Part shown: positions 1 through 12,000 of the stretch, piece after piece | Layout: every line of letters begins with the position of its first letter | Numbering within the stretch: position 1 is the first letter of the stretch | NCBI GenBank assembly: GCA_012862495.1 | Contig: BLSG01000257.1 | Coordinates: 28,015-74,007 of the forward strand | Direction of reading: 5' to 3' | Length of the DNA stretch: 45,993 nt | Source of the DNA: Thraustochytrium aureum | Lineage: Eukaryota | Notes under the pieces: model-generated | The model's database searches: none | Seen by the model: the letters and a program-made list of their open reading frames with translations, nothing else | Told to the model about the DNA's origin: nothing | Made by a program: the position numbers and the translations under genes

Positions 1-1
1 G

Positions 2-109
2 GTGCGGAAATCGCAGAGGGTCGGTCTGGACGCGCAAACCGACCAGCTGTTTCCCTCATGGGTGCTGAGCCCGCGCGCCGATGCTCACCCCTCCGGGTCT
101 GTATTGCAG
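2..109 (+). other. Probable spliceosomal intron in ferroportin-like gene
   Basis: GTGCGG donor at 2, GCTCAC branch-like site at 83-88, TTGCAG acceptor ending at 109; the upstream exon lies outside the window. Confidence 0.5.
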
Positions 110-1644
110 GCCTTTTCCCGCCACCCGCTGCACTGGAACGCGCATTCTGGAATGCTGCTCGGCGTGCTTGTAGTTCTTAGCACGGCTGCCTCAGTGGCCC
201 GCAGTGCGCGCCTCAGCCTGATTCGCAAAGAGTGGATCCGCCTTGTGGCTACTTCACCCTTCAATGCGACCTTTGCGGCGGACTACATGTACGGCGGGTC
301 GTCGTTCGGCCCGCTCTCCGAAGGCGGCGTCCCGGTGACCGGCACGCTCACGCCGAGCGACTCGGAAGAGTCGCTTGACGACCCAGCCGCTCGGCATCTT
401 GGCACCAAGGCGGCGAGCATGGATGAGCCTCGCCGCGACCCTTGGGCCAAGGCCGGTCAGGAGGAAGCAGCCACGGCAAATTGGCCAGGCCCGTCCAACG
501 GGCGTGACCCCCCAGGCAAAAGCGCTTTGCCCTTTGAGTCGGAGCCGCACAACAGCGTCCTTGACGACGAGGAGGACGACGAAGCGACAAACAGCGGCTT
601 TGACACGAGCTCAGAGTTCCGCAATCGGCCGCCACCGGCCAGCACGCAGGCGCAAGAGTCGTACCGCGAGCTCAAGGTCGGGCTCGGCCGCGTGCAGGTG
701 CTTGCCACAGTGGCGACGCCGGTCGGTCTTGGCCTCATCCTTGACTTGGGCAACGCCGACGTCGCGGCCGTTGTCGCCCTCCTGACTGCCATGGCCTGGC
801 ACTTTGCTTCGCTCTTTGTTGAGCTCTCTTCGTACCGCACTGCATACGAGAGCGACCGCGCGCTGCGGGAGGAAAGACTGTGCTCGACAGCAGCGTCAAC
901 TTTGTTGACTTGTATGGCTCACGGAGCATCTACCACCCCATCGGCCTTTCGCCGCGGCGCCCGGTCCTGGAGCGCCTTAGGCGCGCGCTGCGGAGCTGGG
1001 GCCGGTACCTGAAGAGCCCGATTTTGCTTGCAAGCCTCGCGCTCGTGCTGCTGCAGGCCTCGGTGCTGGACTGCGGGCTCGTGGCCCTCAGCTACCTGCG
1101 GTGGCGGTGCGTGCCAGGCTGGCTGCTCGGGCTCCTCGTCGCCGCGCGCAGCTTCTCGTGCGGGCTCGTGTCTCTCGTCCGCGCCGCGCACCGCTACTCT
1201 GGCTCGCTGGCGAAGACAGCGTCGCTAGCTCTCTGGGTCGTCTGGGCGCTGGTGCTTCCTGCGGGTATCGCTTTCCCCGTGCTCGGCCCGGAGGCGCGCC
1301 CCACGGTGTGGGCCCTCTTGCTCGTCATGCTACTTTCAGGGCCAGCTCTTCGTGCGTTTGGCCTCGTGCATGCGCGTCTGGTTCGCGAGTGGGTCGAGGA
1401 CCAGCACATCCCTGCTGTGCAGAGTTGCCAGGGCGCAGCAAAATTGCTGGCGATTGTCGCCGTGCACACGGTCGTGCTCCGTTACGACGACCCGGAGGAC
1501 TTTGGTGTCGTAGTCGTGTTTTCGGTCGCTTCAACGTTTCTCGCTCTCGCCTTGTTCGCGGTTTGGTATCGTATTTACGACAGCGGCACGCCGTTCCAGG
1601 TCGTCGACGACGTCGGCCGCCTGATCTTGGTTGTGCGAGGCTGA
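110..1644 (+). CDS. Ferroportin (FPN1/SLC40)-like MFS transporter, 5'-partial; apparent frameshift at 873-875
   Basis: Ferroportin-like motifs LIRKEWIRLVA and WGRYLKSPILLASLALVLLQASVLDCGLVALSYL, plus multiple TM helices. ORFs 2..1012 and 880..1644 join if AAA at 873-875 gains one A (REE-KTVLDSS). Confidence 0.7.
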
Positions 1645-2072
1645 GGGGGGCTCCAGGTCCGAGCTGGAAGGAGCTCTGTAGAGAGGATGCCTCGGAGCTG
1701 AATGCCCTGGTGGCGCACGCCAGCCAGATAATTGTGATTTTTACTCTTGTGTCTTTTTTTCGTTTTGAACCNNNNNNNNNNNNNNNNNNNNNNNNNNNNN
1801 NNNNNNNNNNNNNNNNNNNNNNNNNNNNNNNNNNNNNNNNNNNNNNNNNNNNNNNNNNNNNNNNNNNNNNNNNNNNNNNNNNNNNNNNNNNNNNNNNNNN
1901 NNNNNNNNNNNNNNNNNNNNNNNNNNNNNNNNNNNNNNNNNNNNNNNNNNNNNNNNNNNNNATTGTGATTTTTACTCTTGTGTCTTTTTTCGTTTTTGAA
2001 CCCGGATCTGGGGCTGGCCGGCCCTCGCCGATGCGTTGAGCGCCATCCGAAGGACTGACGCTATGGCAGGCT

Positions 2073-5000
2073 TCATGGCGAGAGCAACGCGTAAAGCGAC
2101 ATCGTGTTGCGGCCACCACAGATATCCTCGGACGACGCCGGGCACTTTTGCTTGCACTTGCTGTCCTTCAAGCGGGAGCCCTTGAGGTCTGAGGGCCGAG
2201 CGCATACGCAGACCGTACCGGACAGGAGGCCTGCGAAAGTTGCCGACCTGTGGTGCTCAGCACAGTGTGCTGCGCACCGGGATCGACTGAGCGATCCCAC
2301 CATCGCCAACCGCGCGGCGCTAGGGCGCGGGGCCTTGTAGCAGCCCGAGTACTTGGTGCTGGGCACACGATGCGGTTCTTCGCAGGCACATGGCGGGCAC
2401 ATGGACTCCACGTTAGCCAGATAGGCTACTATCGAGCATTGGGACCCATCCACGCCGTTCTTGACGTAGACGTCCGTCCAGCCCACCTTGCCCCAGTTCT
2501 GGGTCATCCAATCGAGGCGGTCCTGGCACTCTGGAAAGCCAGGAAACGGCCCGGGGCAGCCCCCGCTCGGCTTTGCCGAAGGGCCCTTCGTGGGCTGCCT
2601 CGAGGGCGAAGCAGTCGGGGCGCTTGAAGGCCGCCGACTGGGCGAGACACTGGGTCGCGCGCTGGGGCCCTTGGTCGGCCCCATCGAAGGCGCAGCGGAG
2701 GGCGCCAGGCTGCTTGATTCCGTCGGGCTCGGTGTGCGGACGAGCAAACCACACTCGCAGTCCGAGCAACGACCCTCCTCGCGGGCGAGGTACTGCTGTA
2801 TCGAGCAAATCGAGCCGTCCACACCATGCTTGACGTACTCGGCTGACCAGTCCACAACGTCCCAGTTCTCCAGCATCCACGCGACCCGATCCGAGCACTC
2901 GGGGAACAGCGCTGCGTCACCAACACCGCCGCAGTCTTCGGTGGTGGAGGGCGGCGCTGGAGGCGAAGGGGTCGGCTCAGGCGTTGGCGGTCTTGCGGGG
3001 GCCTCAGTCGGCGCCCCAGGGCGACAGGCGCCATGCCCCGGTCGCTCCGGACCGAACGGGCCGACAAACCTGCGGTCATGGTCCGCGCGGAGGCGGCACG
3101 TGGCGCCACCGTTTAGCCGGAGGTCGATTTTGTCGTCGGAGTTGAGGCGCTGGGCAAAGATCGGGTCGCTGAATTCGAGCGTGACGGGCGGGGTCCTGTC
3201 CGAGGGCCGAAACCCAAGGTCGACGCCGAGCTCGTACACGAGGGGCGCGGCCCCTCGGGCGCCGTCGACGAGGACAGGGGCGCCGTAGCCCTGCTTGTAC
3301 CAGCACTGCCGCCCGCCCGCGCAAGGTTCAATATGCCGCATTTGAAATGCCCCCCCGCGGGCCCCACGAGAGTCAGGGTGCCTTGGTTCGCAGACCAGAC
3401 CTGCAGGCGCCGGAGCTGACGCCGGCACAAAATACCTCCATCGAAGCGCGCGCCCACGCCAAGGGCTTCCGCTCTCTCGCACAAGTTGCCTGGGATTCGA
3501 AGCAGGTGCTCTGCGTGCCGCGAGGCGACGCTGACAAAGTCGCCGTACAGAGCTTGCTGCGAGGTGAACATGGGCAGCACCGTGTTGCCGTTCGAAACGC
3601 CGAATCGGATCCAGCGCTGCGCGGGTGGCATCCCGTCGAGGCTCACGCCATTCAACGTGTAGGTTGGCGTGCAGAGGCCGCCGGTTCCGGGGCCCACCTC
3701 GCAGTGCTGGTTGGCGCAAATGCCGCCTTCGCCAGCGGCTCCGAAAAACACAGAGTTCTCGATGACGAAGGCGCCGTGCCCCCCTGGCCCCATGATGTGC
3801 GCTACGCCGGACCTCGGATACCCGAGGTCGCCCAGATCGTCATACCAGCCAAAGCGCGAGTCTGAAATGTGCGCAGCGCTGCCGTCCGCAAAGTTCTTGG
3901 TGTGTTTCCAGTACATGTTCTTGAGGTTGTTGACGCTGGTAAACCCCTTGTACTGCACGTCACCGAGCTCGTACTGGCCAACAAAGTCGTTGCCCCAGTC
4001 GACGCCGCCCTCGACCGTGCCGACTGCTCCGTTGTCCGAGCCGTCCGGCAAAAAGGCGTCGCAAGAGCAGGGCTCGCCCCGCCAACAGCGGTCTATATCG
4101 GCGACCATACCATTCGTTGTCTCTGGGTCCCGCGAGATCTGGCGCGGCCAGTTGTTGTCGAGGTAGAACCCGAACCTCCAGTTGGAGTGATGGACGTTGC
4201 CGCGAAACGAGCCGAGCTGCGCGTGTTTGGTGCAAAGCAGGTCTTTCGCAGCGCCGCGCCCGTGCAGGAACGCGGACACGGTGGTGAATAGCCCGTTCTC
4301 GTGGTTGGCGTTTCTGTTTTCCACAAAGTCGTTCGTCATGGAGAGGGACCAGATGCCGGACTGGTGGATGTCGTCCGCAAGCTCGTTGTCTGTCCCCGGG
4401 GCCCGGCATGCCCCGGGATCTTGGGCACTGCGGTGGCACAGGTTGACGTTGCGGCGGATCAGGTTGTGCATTTCGTTGCCATCCTCTACGTAGATTCCGG
4501 CGCCTCGGACGCGGAAGAGGACGTTGTCCTCCGTTGTGGTGCGGTGGGAGCCGTGGATGATGATTCCGCGTTGATGAGAGTCTTCGATGGCGTTGCCGCG
4601 GAAGAGGCACTCTCGGCACACGCCCATATGGTGAAAGTGGAGGCAGTACTTGCCCAGCTCGCCACGCCGACCGCAGCGCTCGACTCGGGTGTGCGTAACC
4701 TGGATAGAGCCGCCATGCTGCGCAACAGTGTGGAGGCCCTTGTTGGCTCGAAACGGGTCGCCGGTGATAACCACATTACGGCTCAGATGTACAACCTCGC
4801 ACTGCATCTTTCGCTCGACGTTGCCGAGAGCGCGCTGTTCGAGCGTAGCACCGTCCGCAAGCGTGATCCGGCTCCCGTCAATCGCGCCGATGCGAAACAC
4901 TTGGGGCCCGCGGAACCAATTGCGAGAGGTTGCCGCAAGCCCGGCCGGGGCGAGAGCGATCCGGTCCCCAACGGACCAACCCATGGACGCCACGTCGGCG

Positions 5001-7017
5001 TCGAGCAAGAGTACGTTGGCCCCCTCTGCCGCATCTGCAACGAGGAGGGCCCAGGTCTTCCTGAGCGGGGAGCCGTGCACGCGCACGCGCGGCCCGCGAT
5101 CCCCACGGTGCAAGTGAGACGCCCAGCTACCGAAAGCGCGCTCGCCGAGTTGGGGATGCGCGGCGCCGTTGTCCTTGATGTAGAGAACGAGCTCTTTGTC
5201 CCGTCTTTTGGAGGCGTCAATGAGGATGGACCCGCTCTCCTCGGCAACGAGGAAGCCTGTGCGAAGCATGGCGGTTGCGGTAGCACTTGAGAGCGCCTCG
5301 GCGTCCCAGACGAGCTCGCCTCGAACCACGAGGGAGCCCAGGTCGACGTCCTGGTCCACGAAAACGCTTGTTCCCGCTGGCACGACGCAGTGCGCGCACT
5401 GTTGGGTGCTGATCCATGCCGAAAGTGGAACGGACCCCGACGCGGCAAGCTCCCTTCGTCTGCGACTTGACGGCGCGCTGCGATGGGAAGGTGCTTGTGC
5501 GGCAACGAGCCACCGCGAAGCCGGCCATGAAGACTCTAGCGCGGCGGCACTCGCTGCGGCCACTCGCGAAGAAGCCGGCGACTTTGGTAACCGGCAGTTG
5601 CCGCTTGGGCTTCGGCAGGCTGCCTCGAGGCCGTTTACCGCAAGGGCAAAGGGAGCCCCTTGCTTTTGGGAAGCGCCCGCAGAAATACTCTGGAACCACG
5701 AGCCGGGTACGGCGCGGTGGACCCGGCGGCCGTCCTTGTTTCGAACGTGTATCGCAAGCCGAAGCTGGTCCCCGTGTTTGGCCTGGCGAAACCAAATCGA
5801 CACCGGCGCGCGCTGGCCGGCGCGGAGCGAAAGCGGTCGAGTCTCGCGCGAGGTGGGATTGAGCATATTTCCCCAAGACACGCCGCAAGTGCCGGTGCAG
5901 GCTGCCTGTATCACAAAGTCGGCGTCGAAGGGCGCAACGAAAGCAGTCGTCTGGGTGCTGTGTGCTTCGAGGGCGCCGAGTTCGGTCCCTGTGTTGGCTG
6001 GATCCAAGGGCGGCCATGCGACCTCGCCGCGGAGCCGCACGAGCTCGGTCCCGGGAGCAGCGCCGCGGCTGATGCCCAGAGCGAGCCCTGTCTCCAGGGC
6101 CGGCTCTGCCAAAGCATTTTCGTTCGTGGCCGAGCGCTGCTGCGTGGGGAATGTGTCCCGCACTGCACCAGGACAGAATGAAAGTCCGACTCGAGCACAT
6201 GGCATGGGCCAAGTGTATCGGCGACCATGCTGACCTCGTGCGCGGATGAGGCGAAGCCCGACCCTGTGATGCGCCAGGTTGCGTTACCTGCAGGCCAAAT
6301 GTCTTCGATGCAAGCACCTATCCGCACAACCTGGTGCGAGTTTGGCAGGGCAGCAGCTCCGTGCGAGGCGTTCGGTGCGCTTGGATGCGCCTCCACCGCG
6401 ACGGTGAGTTCGTGGTCTCCTGCTTGAAGACCAGCGGGCACTCTGAGGTGTAGCTCGTGGAGGTTGACCTCCCGGTCTAGTTTGTTGCCGGCCTCGCGGA
6501 CGAGGCTGGTCTTGCTGTCGAGGTGGATGGGAATGCCTCCGAGGGAGGCGCGCACGGCGTGAGGACGGCTGGCCCAGCTGCCTGGCTGGTCTTGTGTGCT
6601 TGAGCCAGAGTCGAACAAGTAAATCGTGTCGCCCCCGCAGAGCGCCGGGAGTGCCGTCTCGGCCGCATCGAGCTTGATGTCCAGAAGGTTGGTGGCTGTG
6701 ATCCTGCACGCCTGAGCAGGGCACGGCACATCAAGGCCATCGACTTGTACGTTGAGTGCATGGCTGCCTGCTTTGAGTGAGGGAAGTTGACAGCTGACCG
6801 AGTCACCCGCTGGAGACGAGTGTGTTGGGACAACGGCACAGCGTTCGTCGCCGACGCTAATGATAGTGGTTTGCCCGGAGCCATAAAGTCCAGTGCCTCG
6901 AACGGTGAGGGTGCTGCCGCCTTGCGTGGCTGTGATTTGCGGAAACACGTTGTGGACCCTTGCGGCTTGGGCACTGACGAGCCACGCGCATGAAACGAGG
7001 AGCTGCAGGGGGCGCAT
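2073..7017 (-). CDS. Large secreted fibrocystin-L/PKHD1L1-like protein: signal peptide, IPT/TIG domains, G8 domain, parallel beta-helix (PbH1) repeats, two Cys-rich repeats, PT-rich linkers, C-terminal WSC domain
   Basis: Signal peptide MRPLQLLVSCAWLVSAQA (ATG 7017); IPT motif VFPQITATQGGSTLTVRGTGL; G8-like VVPAGTSVFVDQDVDLGSLVVRGELVW; EVVHLSRNVVITG, LGKYCLHFHHMG, RGIIIHGSH and IYVEDGNEMHN; WSC YSGCY...CAAHC...CVC...CGG. Three ORFs join with +1 base in homopolymers at 6157-6159 and 3350-3356. Confidence 0.8.
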
Positions 7018-9061
7018 TGCTGATGCGCGTCGCCGGGCCTCTCTGCCCATGCGGCAAAGTCCTCCCTCTAGCTGAGCAGGCATACGCCAAGTAGAACCGT
7101 GATGCTGCGCTTGGTCCCCGCGTTTCGGGTCTGCTTGTTGAGGTCAGGGGCTGTGTGCGCCGTTTGCCGTTGGCCCTCCATGCCGCGATACTCGATCGTT
7201 CTCGTGCAGCAATTGCATGGAGTAACGGGCGGTCGGCGGCGAGAGCGCCGGACCGCGCACTATCGACGTGATTCTCAAAGGGTGATTCCGTCAAAGGGTG
7301 ATTCAAAGGGGATGGGCGGGCGGCACGTGTGTCCCAGCGGCCCCTTGAAAGGGTGTTGAGCCGCGAGGTGCTATGCCGTTGGGTTGTGTTGGGACCCAGT
7401 TTGCCACGTTGACGAATGGCCCAAGTTCGCTTCGGCTCAACCAAATTCGTTCGAAAAACGTGTTCGAAGGGACCCGCTCCAAAACGACCGAATTGAAGCC
7501 CAGCCCAGTCGGTGAGCGCTGGGGCGCTGGTTGGTACTACCTGCATGAGCGAGTGAGGGAGGGCGGGGCTCAGTTTAGTCGGTGCTTGGCTTTGCCCCCA
7601 ACAGGTCCAGATTGCGCTCACATCAGTCGAGGCCAACGGGCCACGCGCCGCTCCAAAACCCGTAGGGCAGCAGCAGCGAAGGTACTCCATCAAGCGCCCG
7701 GGCGCGTTGTTCCAGCGCCTGCGCGCCACATATTCCACGCGATCTTCAAAAGCGCACCGGCCTTTCGCGAATCGCGCCCACAACGACGCGCGGCGGCGGG
7801 GGGACGGCGAAACGGGCCACGGCCAGTGCCAAACTTGCCAAGCAAGCGTGTGCGCACTGGCTCGCCCGGGGCAGGCGGGCGGGCGCCGCAGGCCACAGAC
7901 GGGAGGGAAGCCGGTCCGCCCACTTTCCAGAACCTGAGCCGTTTCAGTTCTGGCAACCGAGCAACAACGAAGACGAGCAAACGCAGACGCCCCGACGCGC
8001 GCTGCTAGCGTCGCGAGCGCCATGGAGCGGCGGACGCGCGAGAAGCTCGTGCTGCTGACAAGCTTGCTGGAGTCGCGGCCGGACCGGGCGCGCGNNNNNN
8101 NNNNNNNNNNNNNNNNNNNNNNNNNNNNNNNNNNNNNNNNNNNNNNNNNNNNNNNNNNNNNNNNNNNNNNNNNNNNNNNNNNNNNNNNNNNNNNNNNNNN
8201 NNNNNNNNNNNNNNNNNNNNNNNNNNNNNNNNNNNNNNNNNNNNNNNNNNNNNNNNNNNNNNNNNNNNNNNNNNNNNNNNNNNNNNNNNNNNNNNNNNNN
8301 NNNNNNNNNNNNNNNNNNNNNNNNNNNNNNNNNNNNNNNNNNNNNNNNNNNNNNNNNNNNNNNNNNNNNNNNNNNNNNNNNNNNNNNNNNNNNNNNNNNN
8401 NNNNNNNNNNNNNNNNNNNNNNNNNNNNNNNNNNNNNNNNNNNNNNNNNNNNNNNNNNNNNNNNNNNNNNNNNNNNNNNNNNNNNNNNNNNNNNNNNNNN
8501 NNNNNNNNNNNNNNNNNNNNNNNNNNNNNNNNNNNNNNNNNNNNNNNNNNNNNNNNNNNNNNNNNNNNNNNNNNNNNNNNNNNNNNNNNNNNNNNNNNNN
8601 NNNNNNNNNNNNNNNNNNNNNNNNNNNNNNNNNNNNNNNNNNNNNNNNNNNNNNNNNNNNNNNNNNNNNNNNNNNNNNNNNNNNNNNNNNNNNNNNNNNN
8701 NNNNNNNNNNNNNNNNNNNNNNNNNNNNNNNNNNNNNNNNNNNNNNNNNNNNNNNNNNNNNNNNNNNNNNNNNNNNNNNNNNNNNNNNNNNNNNNNNNNN
8801 NNNNNNNNNNNNNNNNNNNNNNNNNNNNNNNNNNNNNNNNNNNNNNNNNNNNNNNNNNNNNNNNNNNNNNNNNNNNNNNNNNTTTGCATGCATGCATGCA
8901 TTGCAAAAGGTAGGCAGAGTATCACGCGTGCAGGAGGCGGCCTTTTTGGGAGCGTGCGAGCAGCAGACCCCCAATTGCAAGCCCGCCGCGACGCAGGCAG
9001 AGCAGGCAGGGAGCTGTAAGCGCTAGCGGCGGAAGAGAGAGCGAGAGAGCACGCGCGCAAG

Positions 9062-12000
9062 ATGGAGAAGCGCCGCATCGAGAAGGGCGCGGTGGACGAC
9101 CTCGTTCTCCTGGAGGACATCTCGGAGAACGGGGTCGTGCGCAACCTCCAGGCGAGGTATGATCAGGACCTGATCTACTCGTACATCGGCCCCGTGCTCG
9201 TGAGCGTCAACCCGTTCAAGGAGATCCGGGGGCTGTACAAGCGCGAGCTCATGCAGCGCTACTTTGGCAGGCAAAAGTTTGAGCTTGCCCCGCACGTGTA
9301 CGCCTCGGCCGAGGAGGCCTTTCGCAACCTGATGACGACCGGCAAGGACCAGTGCGTCCTGATCAGCGGCGAGTCCGGGGCCGGCAAGACCGAGGCAGCG
9401 AAAAAGTTTCTCGAGTACATCACCGTGGTGAGCCAGGACCGCGCCGAGGCAAACGACAAGCTGTCAGTGCGCGAGATCAAGGACGCCCTGCTGCAGAGCA
9501 ACCCCGTGCTCGAGGCGTTCGGCAACGCCAAGACGCTGCGCAACGACAACTCGTCGCGGTTCGGCAAGTTCCTCAACATGCAGTTCGACTACGGCGGCAC
9601 CCCGCTCGGTGGCGCGATCACCACCTACCTGCTCGAGAAGCCGCGCGTCGTGGGCCAGACCGCCGGCGAGCGCTCCTTCCACGTCTTTTACCAGCTGTGC
9701 GCCGGCTCTAGCGACCGCGAGCTGGGCCTCGGCCGCGCCGACGACTTTGCCTACATCCGCGGCACCACCGAGGTGCGCGGCATGGACGACCGCTCCGAGT
9801 TCCAGGCCATGTCGTCGGCCATGGACAAGGTCGGCATCAGCGCCTCGGCCAAGAAGGACATTTTCAAGCTGGTGGCCGCCGTCCTGCACATCGGCAACGT
9901 CCAGTTCCAGGCCAAGCGGTCCGGGGACAAGTGCGAGGTGTCTCGCGACTCGGGCAACGCAGTGCAGGCCGCCGCGCGCCTGCTCGAGGTCTCGGAGAAG
10001 GACCTCTGCAAGGCGATGACCAACCGCACGATCCAGAGCCGCATCGAGACGGTCACGTCCCCGCTCACCTCGGTGGACGAATGCGTAAAGTCCCGCGACG
10101 CGCTCGCCAAGGCGCTCTACTCGCGCGTGTTCTTGGCCATCGTCGACATCATCAACAAGACGATCCACACCGACATGAAGGAGCTCTCGCTGGGCGTGCT
10201 CGACATCTANNNNNNNNNNNNNNNNNNNNNNNNNNNNNNNNNNNNNNNNNNNNNNNNNNNNNNNNNNNNNNNNNNNNNNNNNNNNNNNNNNNNNNNNNNN
10301 NNNNNNNNNNNNNNNNNNNNNNNNNNNNNNNNNNNNNNNNNNNNNNNNNNNNNNNNNNNNNNNNNNNNNNNNNNNNNNNNNNNNNNNNNNNNNNNNNNNN
10401 NNNNNNNNNNNNNNNNNNNNNNNNNNNNNNNNNNNNNNNNNNNNNNNNNNNNNNNNNNNNNNNNNNNNNNNNNTACCAACGAAAAGCTTCAGCAGCTCTT
10501 CATCGAGCTCACGCTCAAGGCCGAGCAGGACGAGTACCAGCGCGAAGGGATCACCTGGACGCCCGTGCCCTACTTTAACAACAAGATCGTTTGCGATCTC
10601 ATCGAGGGCACGCGGCCGGCGGGCATCTTTGCCTACCTCGACGAGGAGTCGATCTACCCCAAGGGCACCGACGAGACCTACCTCAAGAAGATGGAGGCCA
10701 ACCTCTCGCGCCACAAGCACTACGGCTCGCTGGCCACCAAGACCAACCACACCCCGACCTCGTTCTTGATCCGCCACTACGCCGGCGACGTGGTTTACTC
10801 TGTCGACGGCATGCTTGACAAGAACAAGGACACGCTGTTCCGCGACATCATCGAGCTCATGGGCCTCAAGTCGCGCAACCGCTTCTTCCAGCAGCTGTTC
10901 CCCGAGGGCGAGCGCGGCCACGATGGCAAAAAGCCCATCACGGCCGGCAAGGCCTACGTGCGCGACATGGAGGTGCTCATCTCGGACCTGATGCGCTGCG
11001 AGCCGCACTACATCCGCACCATCAAGCCGAACGACCAGAAGCGCGGCGGCATGTACGACATCAAGCTGGTCACCCACCAGGTCCGCTACCTCGGCCTCGT
11101 GGAGAACGTGCGCGTTCGGCGCGCGGGCTACGCCTTCCGCGCCGAGTACGGGTTCTTCGTCAAGCACTACAAGATGCTCAGCTCTGCCACTTGGCCGCGC
11201 GCCAGGGGCGGCGACCAGCAGAACACCGGGATCATCCTCAAGGAGCTCGGCATCAACGACTACGAGTTCGGAAAGACCAAGGCGTTCATCCGGGAGCCAA
11301 AGTCGGTCTTCCGCCTCGAGGACGCCCGCGAGAAGAAGCTGCACGACATCGTTCGCATCGTGCAGACCGCGTACCGCGCCTACAAGGCCCGCCTCTACTT
11401 TCTTCGCCTGCGCGAGGAGAGCGCGCAGCTCCTGCACGGCAAGAAGCGCCGACGCGGCTCGATCATCCTCTACTTTATCGGCGACTACCTTCACGCGCAG
11501 CAGAACGAGATGATTACCTCGCAGATTGACGGTCGCGTCAAGTTTGCCGACCGCGTTCGCTTCCTGGACGGCAAGAAGATGGTCGACCGCATCCTCGTCC
11601 TCACGCAGGCCACCGTGTTCTTTTTCGACGCGGTCAACTACAAGCTCATGCAGCTCGTCAGTTTCCAGGACATCCGGTCGCTCTCCCTCTCCACCTTCGC
11701 CGACGGCTTCATGGTGCTCGACTTTCAGTCCGAGAAGCCGCAGGCCACCATCGTGTACGAGACCATGCGCAAGGCCGAGATCGCCACGCTGCTCAAGGAC
11801 CTCTACAACAAGGCCTTGCGCCGCGACCTCAACCTGCGCTTCCAGGACTCGATCGAGGTCGTCGTGCTCAAGAAGAGCCTGTTTGGCAAAAAGTTCATCC
11901 CCAAGGTGCTCTTGTTCGCGGAGAACTCGTTCCTGCGGGCCAGGGAGACGCGCCTGGCCTTTACCAAGAAGGAAGACCCGGCCCTGGACCCCAAAACGCA

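Noticed and set aside
1731..2002. Direct repeats flanking a gap, resembling LTRs or target-site duplications
   Set aside because: Overlapping contig ends differing only in homopolymer length; an assembly artefact.
8022..8094. Possible gene start MERRTREKLVLLTSLLESRP in good ATG context
   Set aside because: Runs into a 788-nt gap after 24 codons and cannot be supported.
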